The notes beneath the pieces were generated by a model. The model saw only the letters and a list, made by a program, of their open reading frames with translations, had not been told where the DNA came from and did no database searches. This document shows positions 19,953-28,734 of a stretch of DNA of 64,000 bases, in pieces. The position numbers were made by a program, and so were the translations under genes. Within the stretch, counting starts at the first letter, position 1. Every line of letters begins with the position of its first letter. Source of the DNA: an uncultured Solirubrobacteraceae bacterium (GTDB lineage: Bacteria > Actinomycetota > Thermoleophilia > Solirubrobacterales > Solirubrobacteraceae); NCBI GenBank assembly GCA_964588985.1, contig CAZPQW010000003.1, positions 1 to 64,000 of the forward strand, given 5' to 3'.

Positions 19953-21536
19953 ATGGAGCGAGTGCGTGATCGGGCAGGGGCAGTGACGCTGAGGCGGGGT
20001 GGCATTCCGAATGGGCGCGTGCTTGCGCTCGCGCTGTTCGCGACCGCGATCCTGCTCGCCGCAGGCGCGTCGAGCGCCTCGGCGGTGATCGTCAAGCTCT
20101 CGAGCGGCAGGACCGTCAGCTACCAGCCGTTGAAAGGCGTCGGCGCCCAAAGCCTCCTCCAGCCATTCATCTCCACCGAAAACCTCGCCTATCACGGCGG
20201 CCCGGTGATGACGTCGAATACCAACTACGCCTTCTACTGGGCTCCGAGCGGCTCGCCCGCGTACCCCACCGGCTATCAGACGGGCGTCGACAAGTACCTG
20301 GAAGATCTTGCGCACGACAGCGGCGGCGAACAGAACGTCGACTCCGTGGCGGTCCAGTACACGAGCGGCTCCGGCGAAGCCGTCAAATACAAATCGCACT
20401 TCGCCGGGGCGATCATCGACACCGACCCGTACCCCAAAAACGGCTGCAAAGCGGCGGCGATCTGCCTGACCGACGCCCAGCTTCAGACGGAGATCAAGAG
20501 CTACGTGACCTCTCACGCTCTGCCGAAAGACCTCCTGCACGAGTACTTCATGCTGACTCCGCCGGGCGTCGAAAGCTGCTTCGACTCGGCCGGCACAGAA
20601 TGCTCCGCCGGGGCGATCAACGCCGCCTACTGCGCCTACCACGGCTACATCCCCGTGTCGGGAGTCAACATCGTCTACGCCAACGACCCCTACGTGGGCG
20701 GCAACCCGGGCTGCGACTCGGGCCAGCACCCGAACAACAACCTGTCCGACTCGGTGCTGATGGGTGGGCTCAGCCACGAGCACAACGAGTCGATCACCGA
20801 CCCGAAGCTGAACGCGTGGTACGCGCCCAGCGGGGAAGAGAACGGCGACAAATGCCGGACCTTCGAACCAGGGAGCGAATTGGGCCTGACGCTCGGCTAC
20901 GCGCCCGACGGATCTCCCTTCAACCAGCTGATCAACGGCGACGAGTACTACTACCAGCAGGAGTGGAGCAACAAAGGCAGCGTCTGCAAGCAGCGCACGG
21001 CGACCCCGCTGGTGACCCCCGAGGTATCGAAACTCGCACCCACGACCGGTCTCGCGGCGGGTGGCACCTCTGTGACGATCACGGGCACCGGTTTCACCGG
21101 CGCCTCGGCCGTCAAGTTCGGCTCGACGCCGGCCGCGAGCTTCAAAGTGAGCTCCTGGACGTCGATCACGGCGGTCTCGCCCCCGGGCACCTCTGGATCC
21201 ATCGATGTGACGGTCACGACGCCTGCAGGCACGAGCGTGACGTCGAGCGCCGACCTGTATCTCTTCCAGCCGCCGACCATAACCGGCGTGAGTCCCAACA
21301 GCGGCCCGATGGCCGGCGGCACGATCGTGACGATCACAGGCAGCGGCTTCGCGCTCGGCTCGGCGACCAAGATCAATCTCGCGCGCCCCGCGACCGGCGT
21401 CGAATGCGCCTCGACGAGCGTGTGCACCGTGGTCTCGCCTCTGCACGACAAACCCGCGGTGGTCAACGCGCAGGCGATCGTCAACGGCTACGTGAGCCCG
21501 AAGAACATCCCCGCCGATCAATTCACGTACTTCTAG
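19953..21536 (+). CDS. Secreted Cys-rich protein: Phi-1/EXORDIUM-like domain plus two IPT/TIG domains (copy 2)
   Basis: N-terminal domain near-identical to 18269-19846, same MER.RDRA start; IPT/TIG part more diverged. Confidence 0.8.
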   Translation: MERVRDRAGAVTLRRGGIPNGRVLALALFATAILLAAGASSASAVIVKLSSGRTVSYQPLKGVGAQSLLQPFISTENLAYHGGPVMTSNTNYAFYWAPSGSPAYPTGYQTGVDKYLEDLAHDSGGEQNVDSVAVQYTSGSGEAVKYKSHFAGAIIDTDPYPKNGCKAAAICLTDAQLQTEIKSYVTSHALPKDLLHEYFMLTPPGVESCFDSAGTECSAGAINAAYCAYHGYIPVSGVNIVYANDPYVGGNPGCDSGQHPNNNLSDSVLMGGLSHEHNESITDPKLNAWYAPSGEENGDKCRTFEPGSELGLTLGYAPDGSPFNQLINGDEYYYQQEWSNKGSVCKQRTATPLVTPEVSKLAPTTGLAAGGTSVTITGTGFTGASAVKFGSTPAASFKVSSWTSITAVSPPGTSGSIDVTVTTPAGTSVTSSADLYLFQPPTITGVSPNSGPMAGGTIVTITGSGFALGSATKINLARPATGVECASTSVCTVVSPLHDKPAVVNAQAIVNGYVSPKNIPADQFTYF

Positions 21537-21581
21537 GCCGCTCTGCGGGGGCGCTCGCGCCCGCATACGTATGATCGGCGC

Positions 21582-22739
21582 ATGACTGTGCGCAAGCGCA
21601 TACTCGTGCTCGGCTCGACCGGCTCGATCGGGGTGCAGGCGCTCGACGTGTGCTCCCGCAGCGAAGAGCTGGAGATCGTGGGCCTGTCCGCCGAGCGCTC
21701 CTGGGAGGCGCTCGTCGAGCAGGCGCGCGCTCACGGCGTCGCGCGGATCGCGCTCGCCGACGAGGACGCCGCCGCGCGCGCGTCGGAGGCGTGGACCGAC
21801 GGGCAGGTGCTCGGCGGTCCGGAGGGGCTCGTGCGCCTGGTCGTGGAGTCGGGCGCGGATCTCGTGCTCAACGCGCTCGTCGGCTCGGCCGGCCTCGGCC
21901 CGACCGTCGCGACGCTCGGAGAGGGGATCGACCTGGCGCTCGCCAACAAGGAGTCGCTCGTCGTGGGCGGCGAGCTGGTCACCGCGCTCGCGGAGGCCAC
22001 CGGCGCGCAGATCGTGCCCGTCGACTCCGAGCACACCGCGCTTCACCAGCTGATCGCGGGACAGCCGCCCGGGGCGGTGCAGCGGATGACGATCACCGCC
22101 AGCGGCGGCCCGTTTCGCGGCCGCGGACGCGACGAGCTGCAGGACGTGACCGTCAAGCAGGCGCTCGCGCACCCCACCTGGGCGATGGGCGGCAAGATCA
22201 CGATCGACTCCGCCACGCTCATGAACAAGGGCCTGGAGGTGATGGAGGCCCACCACCTGTTCGGGACGCCGTATGAGCGGATCGACGTGGTCGTCCACCC
22301 GCAGTCGCTGATCCACGGGCTCGTGCAGCTCGCCGACGGCGCGATGCTCGCGCACCTCGGCCCGCCCGACATGCGCATCGCGATCTCCTACGCGCTCCAC
22401 GGCGGTGAGAGCGTGCACCTGCCGATCGAGCCGCTCGTCCTCGCGACCGTGCGCGAGCTCACGTTCGAGCCGGTCGATCTCGACGCGTTTCCCTGCCTGC
22501 GCCTCGCGCGCGAGGCCGCGCAGGCGGGCGGGACCGCGCCGTGCGTGCTCAACGCCGCCAACGAGATCGCCGTCCACGCGTTCCTCGAGGGGCGCCTGCG
22601 CTTCCTCGAGATCCCCGCGGTGATCGAGGACGCGCTCGAGCGGCTCGGAAGCGAGCCGGTGCGCTCGTTCGAGTCGCTCTACGAAGCCGACCGGCAGGCG
22701 CGCGACCTCGCCGGGGAGACCGTCGCGGCGCTCAGCTGA
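21582..22739 (+). CDS. dxr: 1-deoxy-D-xylulose 5-phosphate reductoisomerase
   Basis: LGSTGSIG, LANKESLV, PVDSEH, TASGGPF, HPTW.MG.KITIDSATLMNKGLE, NAANE. Confidence 0.97.
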   Translation: MTVRKRILVLGSTGSIGVQALDVCSRSEELEIVGLSAERSWEALVEQARAHGVARIALADEDAAARASEAWTDGQVLGGPEGLVRLVVESGADLVLNALVGSAGLGPTVATLGEGIDLALANKESLVVGGELVTALAEATGAQIVPVDSEHTALHQLIAGQPPGAVQRMTITASGGPFRGRGRDELQDVTVKQALAHPTWAMGGKITIDSATLMNKGLEVMEAHHLFGTPYERIDVVVHPQSLIHGLVQLADGAMLAHLGPPDMRIAISYALHGGESVHLPIEPLVLATVRELTFEPVDLDAFPCLRLAREAAQAGGTAPCVLNAANEIAVHAFLEGRLRFLEIPAVIEDALERLGSEPVRSFESLYEADRQARDLAGETVAALS

Positions 22740-22799
22740 GGGCTGCAACCACGACTTCAAACCGGCGGAAGCCGACGCTCGGCCTGCCACACTGAGCCC

Positions 22800-23912
22800 G
22801 TGAGCCTGCTCCTGACACTGCTGGGCATCGTCGTGCTGATCGTGCTGCACGAGCTCGGGCACTTCACCGTCGCCAAGCTCGTCGGCATGCGCGTCGAGCG
22901 CTTCTCGTTGTTCTTCCCGCCCACGATCTTCCGCGTCAAACGCGGCGAGACGGAGTACGCGATCGGCTCGATCCCGGCGGGCGGCTACGTGAAGATCACA
23001 GGCATGAGCCCGGAAGAGCTCAAGGACCTCGATCCGGAGGTCCACAGGCGCGCCTACTACACCCAGGCTCCGTGGAAGCGGATCGTGGTGATCCTCGCCG
23101 GACCCGGCGTCAACATCGCGATAGCGTTCTTCCTCTTCTGGGCGGTTCTGCTCAGCGGCAGCCTCAACGGCGCCTCGACGCTCGGGAGGCTCGACCCCGC
23201 GGTGCCCACGATCGTCACGAGCACGACCATCCACGGGATTGAGCCGGGTAAGGCTGCGGACGGGCTGCTGAAAGCTGGCGACGAGATTGTCAGCGTCGAC
23301 GGCAAGCCCGCGTCGGAGGAAGAGGCTGTCACGAGGATCGCCTCCCACCGCTGCGCGGGCACGGTGACGAACGGATGCCGCTCCGTCACGCCCGTGACCT
23401 TGACCGTTCAGCGCGCCGGTCGCCTGGTGACACTCTCGGTGCATCCTCGCTACGACGACAAGGAACGACGCATGTTGATCGGATTCAAGTTCGATCCTCC
23501 GTCGGTCAAAAGCTTTGGCATGCTGAGCGCGGCGGGGGCTGCCGGGAGCGCAATGTGGCACGTGACGACCGGGACGATCACCGGCTTCGGTCAAGCGCTC
23601 ACGAGCTCGAAGGTCCGCCACGAAGTGCGCAGCATCGTCGGCATCACCGAAGTGGGCAACGAACAGGTCAGCGCCGGCCCCGCCGACGCGCTCGTGTTCC
23701 TCGGCTACCTGTCGCTGATCCTCGCCGTCATCAACCTGTTCCCGTTCCTGCCGCTCGACGGGGGACACGTGCTGTGGTCGGTGGCGGAGAAGCTGCGCCG
23801 CAAGCGCATCTCGCTGCTCGCGATGTACCGCTTCAGCTCGGTCGGCATCCTGCTGCTGGTGTTCCTCGTGTTCAACGGCGTGAGCAACGACATCAGCCGG
23901 CTGGCGGGCTGA
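22800..23912 (+). CDS. rseP: RseP-like site-2 protease (M50) with PDZ domain
   Basis: HELGH, GGYVKI, AGP.VN, NL.PFLPLDGGH. Confidence 0.93.
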   Translation: MSLLLTLLGIVVLIVLHELGHFTVAKLVGMRVERFSLFFPPTIFRVKRGETEYAIGSIPAGGYVKITGMSPEELKDLDPEVHRRAYYTQAPWKRIVVILAGPGVNIAIAFFLFWAVLLSGSLNGASTLGRLDPAVPTIVTSTTIHGIEPGKAADGLLKAGDEIVSVDGKPASEEEAVTRIASHRCAGTVTNGCRSVTPVTLTVQRAGRLVTLSVHPRYDDKERRMLIGFKFDPPSVKSFGMLSAAGAAGSAMWHVTTGTITGFGQALTSSKVRHEVRSIVGITEVGNEQVSAGPADALVFLGYLSLILAVINLFPFLPLDGGHVLWSVAEKLRRKRISLLAMYRFSSVGILLLVFLVFNGVSNDISRLAG

Positions 23913-24036
23913 AACCGCGAAGGAGTCATCGCCTTTGGCCCGGTGAATCACTCGCCAAGGCTGCACGGTCTCGACGGGGCCTCGCGATCCGCAAGGTTGG
24001 TTTCCTCCGCCCGCTTTCCAAGCTTATGGGATCGGA

Positions 24037-24084
24037 GTTGGCAGGAAGAGCAGTATTTCGCTATATTCTGATGATCGTGCCAGC
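24037..24084 (+). promoter_or_regulatory. Promoter of the AbiE-like operon overlapped by an imperfect inverted repeat
   Basis: -35 TTGGCA 24038-24043 and -10 TATATT 24062-24067; arms 24037-24058 and 24063-24084 match 15/22 as inverted repeats. Confidence 0.6.
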
Positions 24085-24823
24085 CTCTATCTTAGATACC
24101 AGCGATGTCGTCGGCGCTGTGCGGAAGCTCGCCGCGCAGCACGGGGGTACCGCGTCCATCGCCGAGTTGCGCGCCGAGCTCGACCTATCCGAGCGCACCT
24201 TGCACCGCGGGCTCAGCCGCCTCATCGCGGCTGGCACGCTGTTCCGCGTGAGCCGGGACCGATACAGCGACAACCCCCCTGCCGACGCACCCACGGGAGA
24301 GGCCAAGAAGATCGTGCGTGTTATCGAGCGCCTAGACGCAGACGCGCATCTCTCCGGCTACGACGTGCTCGCTGGCTTCGGCCACCAGTTCGTCTATGAG
24401 TACCCGCATCTCGTCTACTGCCATCCCCCTCACGCCGATGGCGTCGCCGGCGCCCTGGCCAGCAGCGGCTTCGTGGTGCTGGCGGCCGGACCGGGCGCCC
24501 TGCGTGGACCGGTCATGCCTCGGACTGTGCTGCTTCGCCGCCAGCCTCTCATCGGATCGCGCGCGCTCGTGCGCGGTGCGGTCGCGACCCCAGAGAAGGC
24601 TTGGGTGGACCTGCTGCGCGAGACCCGCCGAAGCGACGTGCCATTCGGCTACGGCGAGCTGGGACGCCTGCTGCGGGCGATGAGCGACCAGCAGATCAAC
24701 GCGCGAGCGCTGCGGGGCTATGCGCGGCGCACCGGGTACGCGGACTGGCTACTGGCAGCCACCGGAGAGCGACCTCCCGACGGACCGGCACAGATCCAGC
24801 TCGCGGCAGGCTACGCCGCGTGA
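24071..24823 (+). CDS. AbiEi-like type IV antitoxin / wHTH regulator (start may be GTG 24077)
   Basis: N-terminal wHTH (SIAELRAELDLSERTLHRGLSRLIAAGTLFRVSRDRY); ATPEKAWVDL motif; coupled to a nucleotidyltransferase. Confidence 0.7.
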   Translation: MIVPASILDTSDVVGAVRKLAAQHGGTASIAELRAELDLSERTLHRGLSRLIAAGTLFRVSRDRYSDNPPADAPTGEAKKIVRVIERLDADAHLSGYDVLAGFGHQFVYEYPHLVYCHPPHADGVAGALASSGFVVLAAGPGALRGPVMPRTVLLRRQPLIGSRALVRGAVATPEKAWVDLLRETRRSDVPFGYGELGRLLRAMSDQQINARALRGYARRTGYADWLLAATGERPPDGPAQIQLAAGYAA

Positions 24824-25992
24824 GCATCGACGATCGCCTCGATCTGTTCAAGGCCGAGTGGATCAGCGATCCCGAACAGCTCAAGACCGTCGCGCGCACG
24901 TCCAGGTACAACGACCTCTTCACGGCAGAGATCGCCGCGTGGTGCGCAGAGGTCCACGAGCACCTGCGCGATCTCGAATCGATGGTCGGCGTCGAGCTCA
25001 TCCTCATGGGCGGCAACGCCGCGTCGCTGAGATTCGACGCCATAAAGCAGCGCGGCTCGCGAGACAACGACTACCTCACCGTCGCAAGCCACGAGGACAT
25101 CCAAGGACTCATGGACGCCTTCGCCGATCGCTTCGCTGCGCTACATCCCCTGTTTCTGCCCAGCGTCTATGAGCCGATCCGACCCACGCACGAGCTGAAC
25201 ATGATGACTTACGTCATCCCGGTCGCCCTGCGACTGGATCACGGTCGCGCGAGCAACAACACAGTCAAGGTGGAGTTTCACTTCGAGACCGATCTGCCGC
25301 CAGTCGAAACGCTCACCGGGCGCATGGGTCCTACTCAGCGGCCAGTGCTCGCGCGCGTGCCCGAGTTGCCCTACCAGTTCGTTCTAAAGCTGATGACGCT
25401 CGCCGCCGCGCCAGTCGGGATTGACGAAGACCGTCGCGCGGACGCTGTACCCCGCCAGCTCTACGATCTCGACCTGCTGCTCGCGACATTCACCGACGAG
25501 ACGCAATGGCAGACGATGGTCGGCTACTGCACGACGCGTTATGCCCGTGAATGCGCGCACTGGAACGTCCAGGTCGCTCCCGGAGAGCCCTCCGCATCGG
25601 TACAGCAGCGGCTCGCATCGTGGGCCGACTGCACCGATCCGTCAGGCCAGCGCTGGAGGACTATCCGCGCGGTTCAGCAGTCGCAGCTACGCCGCGCAGT
25701 TCACCGCGAACCTTGGGGATGGCGCGCACGCTGCCTGCGGCTCGCCACCGCAGCACAGTGCATTGAACTCGAGGACGGATGGACCATCTGGCAACAAGCA
25801 CTCGCGACGGCCGCGATCGTCCCAGCGACCAAAGCCAGACATTTCAGGGCTGCGCTAAGCGACCTGGGCGGCACTGCCCCGAAGTCGCTGCCGCTGGAGC
25901 TACATGAGTTCGTGTGGGACGCACTCAACGCTGGCGATGGGCCGATCGAGACGCGCATCGCAACCGCGCGAGCGGTTCTCAGCGCTGTGTGA
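24820..25992 (+). CDS. AbiEii/AbiGii-like nucleotidyltransferase toxin
   Basis: LILMGGNAA...RGSRDNDY (cf. GGTA...R.S.D.D), VKVEF, KLMTL, RQLYDL; GTGA overlap with upstream gene. Confidence 0.72.
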   Translation: MSIDDRLDLFKAEWISDPEQLKTVARTSRYNDLFTAEIAAWCAEVHEHLRDLESMVGVELILMGGNAASLRFDAIKQRGSRDNDYLTVASHEDIQGLMDAFADRFAALHPLFLPSVYEPIRPTHELNMMTYVIPVALRLDHGRASNNTVKVEFHFETDLPPVETLTGRMGPTQRPVLARVPELPYQFVLKLMTLAAAPVGIDEDRRADAVPRQLYDLDLLLATFTDETQWQTMVGYCTTRYARECAHWNVQVAPGEPSASVQQRLASWADCTDPSGQRWRTIRAVQQSQLRRAVHREPWGWRARCLRLATAAQCIELEDGWTIWQQALATAAIVPATKARHFRAALSDLGGTAPKSLPLELHEFVWDALNAGDGPIETRIATARAVLSAV

Positions 25993-26025
25993 GTCAGCGC
26001 CAAGTCCGAGTAACACTCCGCCCGC

Positions 26026-26634
26026 TCAGCTCTCGGGCGCCCGCACGCACACCCAGCTCTTGACCAGCGGACCGAAACGCTCGGGCAGCGCCGGTCCGAA
26101 CAGCGCCTCCATCTCCGCGCGCCGCAGCAGCGCGATCTCCTCCCAATCGCCCGCCACCCCGAGACGCCAGTAGCGCCGGCGCAGCCCCGCTGGCAGCCAG
26201 TGCGCGAACGGCAGCAGCGCGTGCGGCTCGATCGGGAACGAGACCGCCGGGGTCTGCACGAACCAGCCGCGGCCCACGCGGCGAACCTCTGCGGCGAACG
26301 CCGCGCGGCGCGCCGGCGGAACGTGCTCGATCACGCTCGAGCAGTACACGAGGTCGAACTCGCCGTCCACGAACGGCAGGCCCGCCGCGGCATCCGCGCG
26401 CACGAATGGGCCGGGGTAGTCCGGGCGCTCCGCGAGGTCAGCTCCGGTGATGTCGAGCGTCGGCTCAAGCCCCCGCAACCCGAGCGCCCCGCAGCCCACG
26501 TCGAGCACCCGCGCACCCTCCGGCAGCCTCGTCAGCGCGAAGAAGCGCTCGTGGCGGGCGGTGCGTGCCTGAGCGGCGAGGGGGGAGGCGAGACGCGCGA
26601 GCGGACCGCGCGCGGTGGCGTACACATCGGGCAT
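26026..26634 (-). CDS. Class I SAM-dependent methyltransferase
   Basis: VLDVGCG, LPF.DGEFDLVYCSSVIEHV, VQTP..FPIEPH. Confidence 0.88.
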   Translation of the reverse strand: MPDVYATARGPLARLASPLAAQARTARHERFFALTRLPEGARVLDVGCGALGLRGLEPTLDITGADLAERPDYPGPFVRADAAAGLPFVDGEFDLVYCSSVIEHVPPARRAAFAAEVRRVGRGWFVQTPAVSFPIEPHALLPFAHWLPAGLRRRYWRLGVAGDWEEIALLRRAEMEALFGPALPERFGPLVKSWVCVRAPES

Positions 26635-26648
26635 CGTAGAATCAGCCT

Positions 26649-27938
26649 ATGGCTTCCAAGCGGCAGATCCTCCTCGGCGGCATACCCATCGGCGGCGGCG
26701 CGCCCGTCGCCGTTCAGACGATGACCAAGACCGAGACCGCGAACCTCCAGGCGACCATGGATCAGATCCGCACCGTCGCCGACGCCGGCGCGGACATCGT
26801 GCGCGTCGCCGTCCCACGCGAGCAAGACGCCGAGGCGCTCAGGACGATCGTCGCGCAGTCGCCGATCCCGATCATCGCCGACATCCACTTCAACCACACG
26901 CTCGCGCTCAAGGCGATCGAAGCGGGGGCGCACTGCGTGCGGCTGAACCCCGGCAACATCGGCGGACCCGAGAAGGTCGCCGAGGTGATCGCGCTCGCCA
27001 AGCAGCGCGGCACGCCGCTGCGCGTAGGCGTCAACTCCGGGTCGCTGCCCAAGCACCTGCGCCAGCTCGAGTACGACAACCCCGTCGAGGCGCTCGTCAC
27101 CGCCGCGATCGAGACCGTGCAGCTGATGGAGAGCCTCGACTTCAAGAACTTCAAGGTCTCCATGAAGAGCACATCTGTCCCCAACACGATCGCCTCCAAC
27201 CGAATGCTCTCGGAGAAAATCCCCTACCCGCTGCACCTGGGCGTCACCGAGGCCGGCACCAAGTGGTCGGGGTCGCTCAAGTCAGCCGTCGGGCTCGGCA
27301 CGCTGCTCGCCGACGGCATCGGCGACACCATCAGGATCTCGCTCTCCACGTTCCACGCCGAGGAGGAGGTCAAGGTCGCGTGGGAGATCCTCAAGGCGCT
27401 CAAGTTGCGCGAGAAGGGCCCCGTGCTGATCGCGTGCCCCACGTGCGGGCGGCTGCAGTTCGACATGGACCGCGTCGTCGTCGAAGTCGAGCAGCGCCTC
27501 GAAGCCTATGAGGACCCGATCGAGGTGTCCGTGCTCGGTTGTGCGGTGAACGGCGTCGGCGAGGCGCGCCACGCCGACTTCGGGATCACCGGCGCCAAGG
27601 ACATGGGGATGATCTACTCCAAGGGCGAGCCGCTCAGGAAGGTTCCCACAGACCGGCTCGTCGACGAGCTGTTCAAGGAGATCGACCGCTACTACGCCGC
27701 CGGCAAGACCGTCCAACGCGACGAGACCGCCGCCGCCGAGGCGCGCGCCTGGCTCGCCGAGAACGAGGACGACACCGCCATGACCCCCGAGCGGATCGCC
27801 GCCCTCGAAGCCGCCGCCGCCGAGAACGACGAGATGGCAGGCGCGGTGCTCGAGTCGATGCTGCAGGCGGAGCCTGTCGGCGCCGTCATGGACGAGGCCG
27901 TATCGCCAGTCGCCGGAAGGCGCTTCTCCCGGAGCTGA
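26649..27938 (+). CDS. ispG: HMBPP synthase
   Basis: IGGGAPVAVQTMT, ADIHF, RLNPGN, RVGVNSGSL, HLGVTEAG, CPTCGR, GCAVNG.GEA. Confidence 0.97.
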   Translation: MASKRQILLGGIPIGGGAPVAVQTMTKTETANLQATMDQIRTVADAGADIVRVAVPREQDAEALRTIVAQSPIPIIADIHFNHTLALKAIEAGAHCVRLNPGNIGGPEKVAEVIALAKQRGTPLRVGVNSGSLPKHLRQLEYDNPVEALVTAAIETVQLMESLDFKNFKVSMKSTSVPNTIASNRMLSEKIPYPLHLGVTEAGTKWSGSLKSAVGLGTLLADGIGDTIRISLSTFHAEEEVKVAWEILKALKLREKGPVLIACPTCGRLQFDMDRVVVEVEQRLEAYEDPIEVSVLGCAVNGVGEARHADFGITGAKDMGMIYSKGEPLRKVPTDRLVDELFKEIDRYYAAGKTVQRDETAAAEARAWLAENEDDTAMTPERIAALEAAAAENDEMAGAVLESMLQAEPVGAVMDEAVSPVAGRRFSRS

Positions 27939-28005
27939 GCCCCGGGGACGCACCGCGCAACCCGCGCGGCGGAGCGCCCCCGGCGCGGAGCCCTTAAATC
28001 CTTAT

Positions 28006-28608
28006 CTACGCCGCGGAGAAGCGCTCCGCGACCTTGCCCCAGTCGACCACGTTCCACCACGCGTCGAGGTAGTCCGGGCGGCGGTTCTGGTACTTCAGGT
28101 AGTACGCGTGCTCCCACACGTCCACGCCCAGCAGCGGCGTCTGGCCGTCGGAGATCGGGTTGTCCTGGTTGGCGGTTCCGATGACCGCGAGACCGGAGCC
28201 GTCGTGTACCAGCCACGACCAGCCCGAGCCGAACTGGTTGACGCCCGTTTCCTTCAGCTTCGCCTGGAAGTCCGAGAACGAGCCGAACGTCGAGGAGATC
28301 GCGTCCGCCAGCTCGCCCGAGGGCTCGCCGCCGCCAGTCGGGCTCATGCTCTCCCAGAACAGCGAGTGGTTGTAGTGGCCGCCGCCGTTGTTTTTCACCG
28401 CCTTCAGCTTGTCCGCCGGGACCTGGCTCAGGTCCTTCAGCACGTCCTCGATCGCCGCGTCCGCCAGCGGCGTGCCCTCGAGGGCCGCGTTGACCTTGTC
28501 CACGTAAGCCTGGTGGTGCTTGTCGTGGTGGATTTCCATCGTCGTCTTGTCGATGTGCGGCTCGAGCGCGTCATACGCATACGGAAGCGGCGGTACTGAG
28601 TAAGCCAT
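28006..28608 (-). CDS. sodA: Fe/Mn superoxide dismutase
   Basis: [45 protein letters not shown]. Confidence 0.96.
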   Translation of the reverse strand: MAYSVPPLPYAYDALEPHIDKTTMEIHHDKHHQAYVDKVNAALEGTPLADAAIEDVLKDLSQVPADKLKAVKNNGGGHYNHSLFWESMSPTGGGEPSGELADAISSTFGSFSDFQAKLKETGVNQFGSGWSWLVHDGSGLAVIGTANQDNPISDGQTPLLGVDVWEHAYYLKYQNRRPDYLDAWWNVVDWGKVAERFSAA

Positions 28609-28734
28609 CTGGGCTCCTTATCGATATTTGGATCGCTGATCGCGGATTACCGCTGTTCTATCAAAGGGCCTACCCCATGCGTGAGCGCGGTACACGGGTG
28701 CGGCGCGCCGCATGGATTAGGCTCTGCCGTCGAT

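Noticed and set aside
19935-23966. 1343-aa minus-strand ORF
   Set aside because: Antisense shadow of the IPT/TIG gene, dxr and rseP; expected from high GC3 and has no recognisable motifs
23375-24070. Upstream extension of the AbiEi-like ORF (482 aa in the track)
   Set aside because: Overlaps rseP out of frame; the promoter at 24038-24067 places the start at 24071 or 24077
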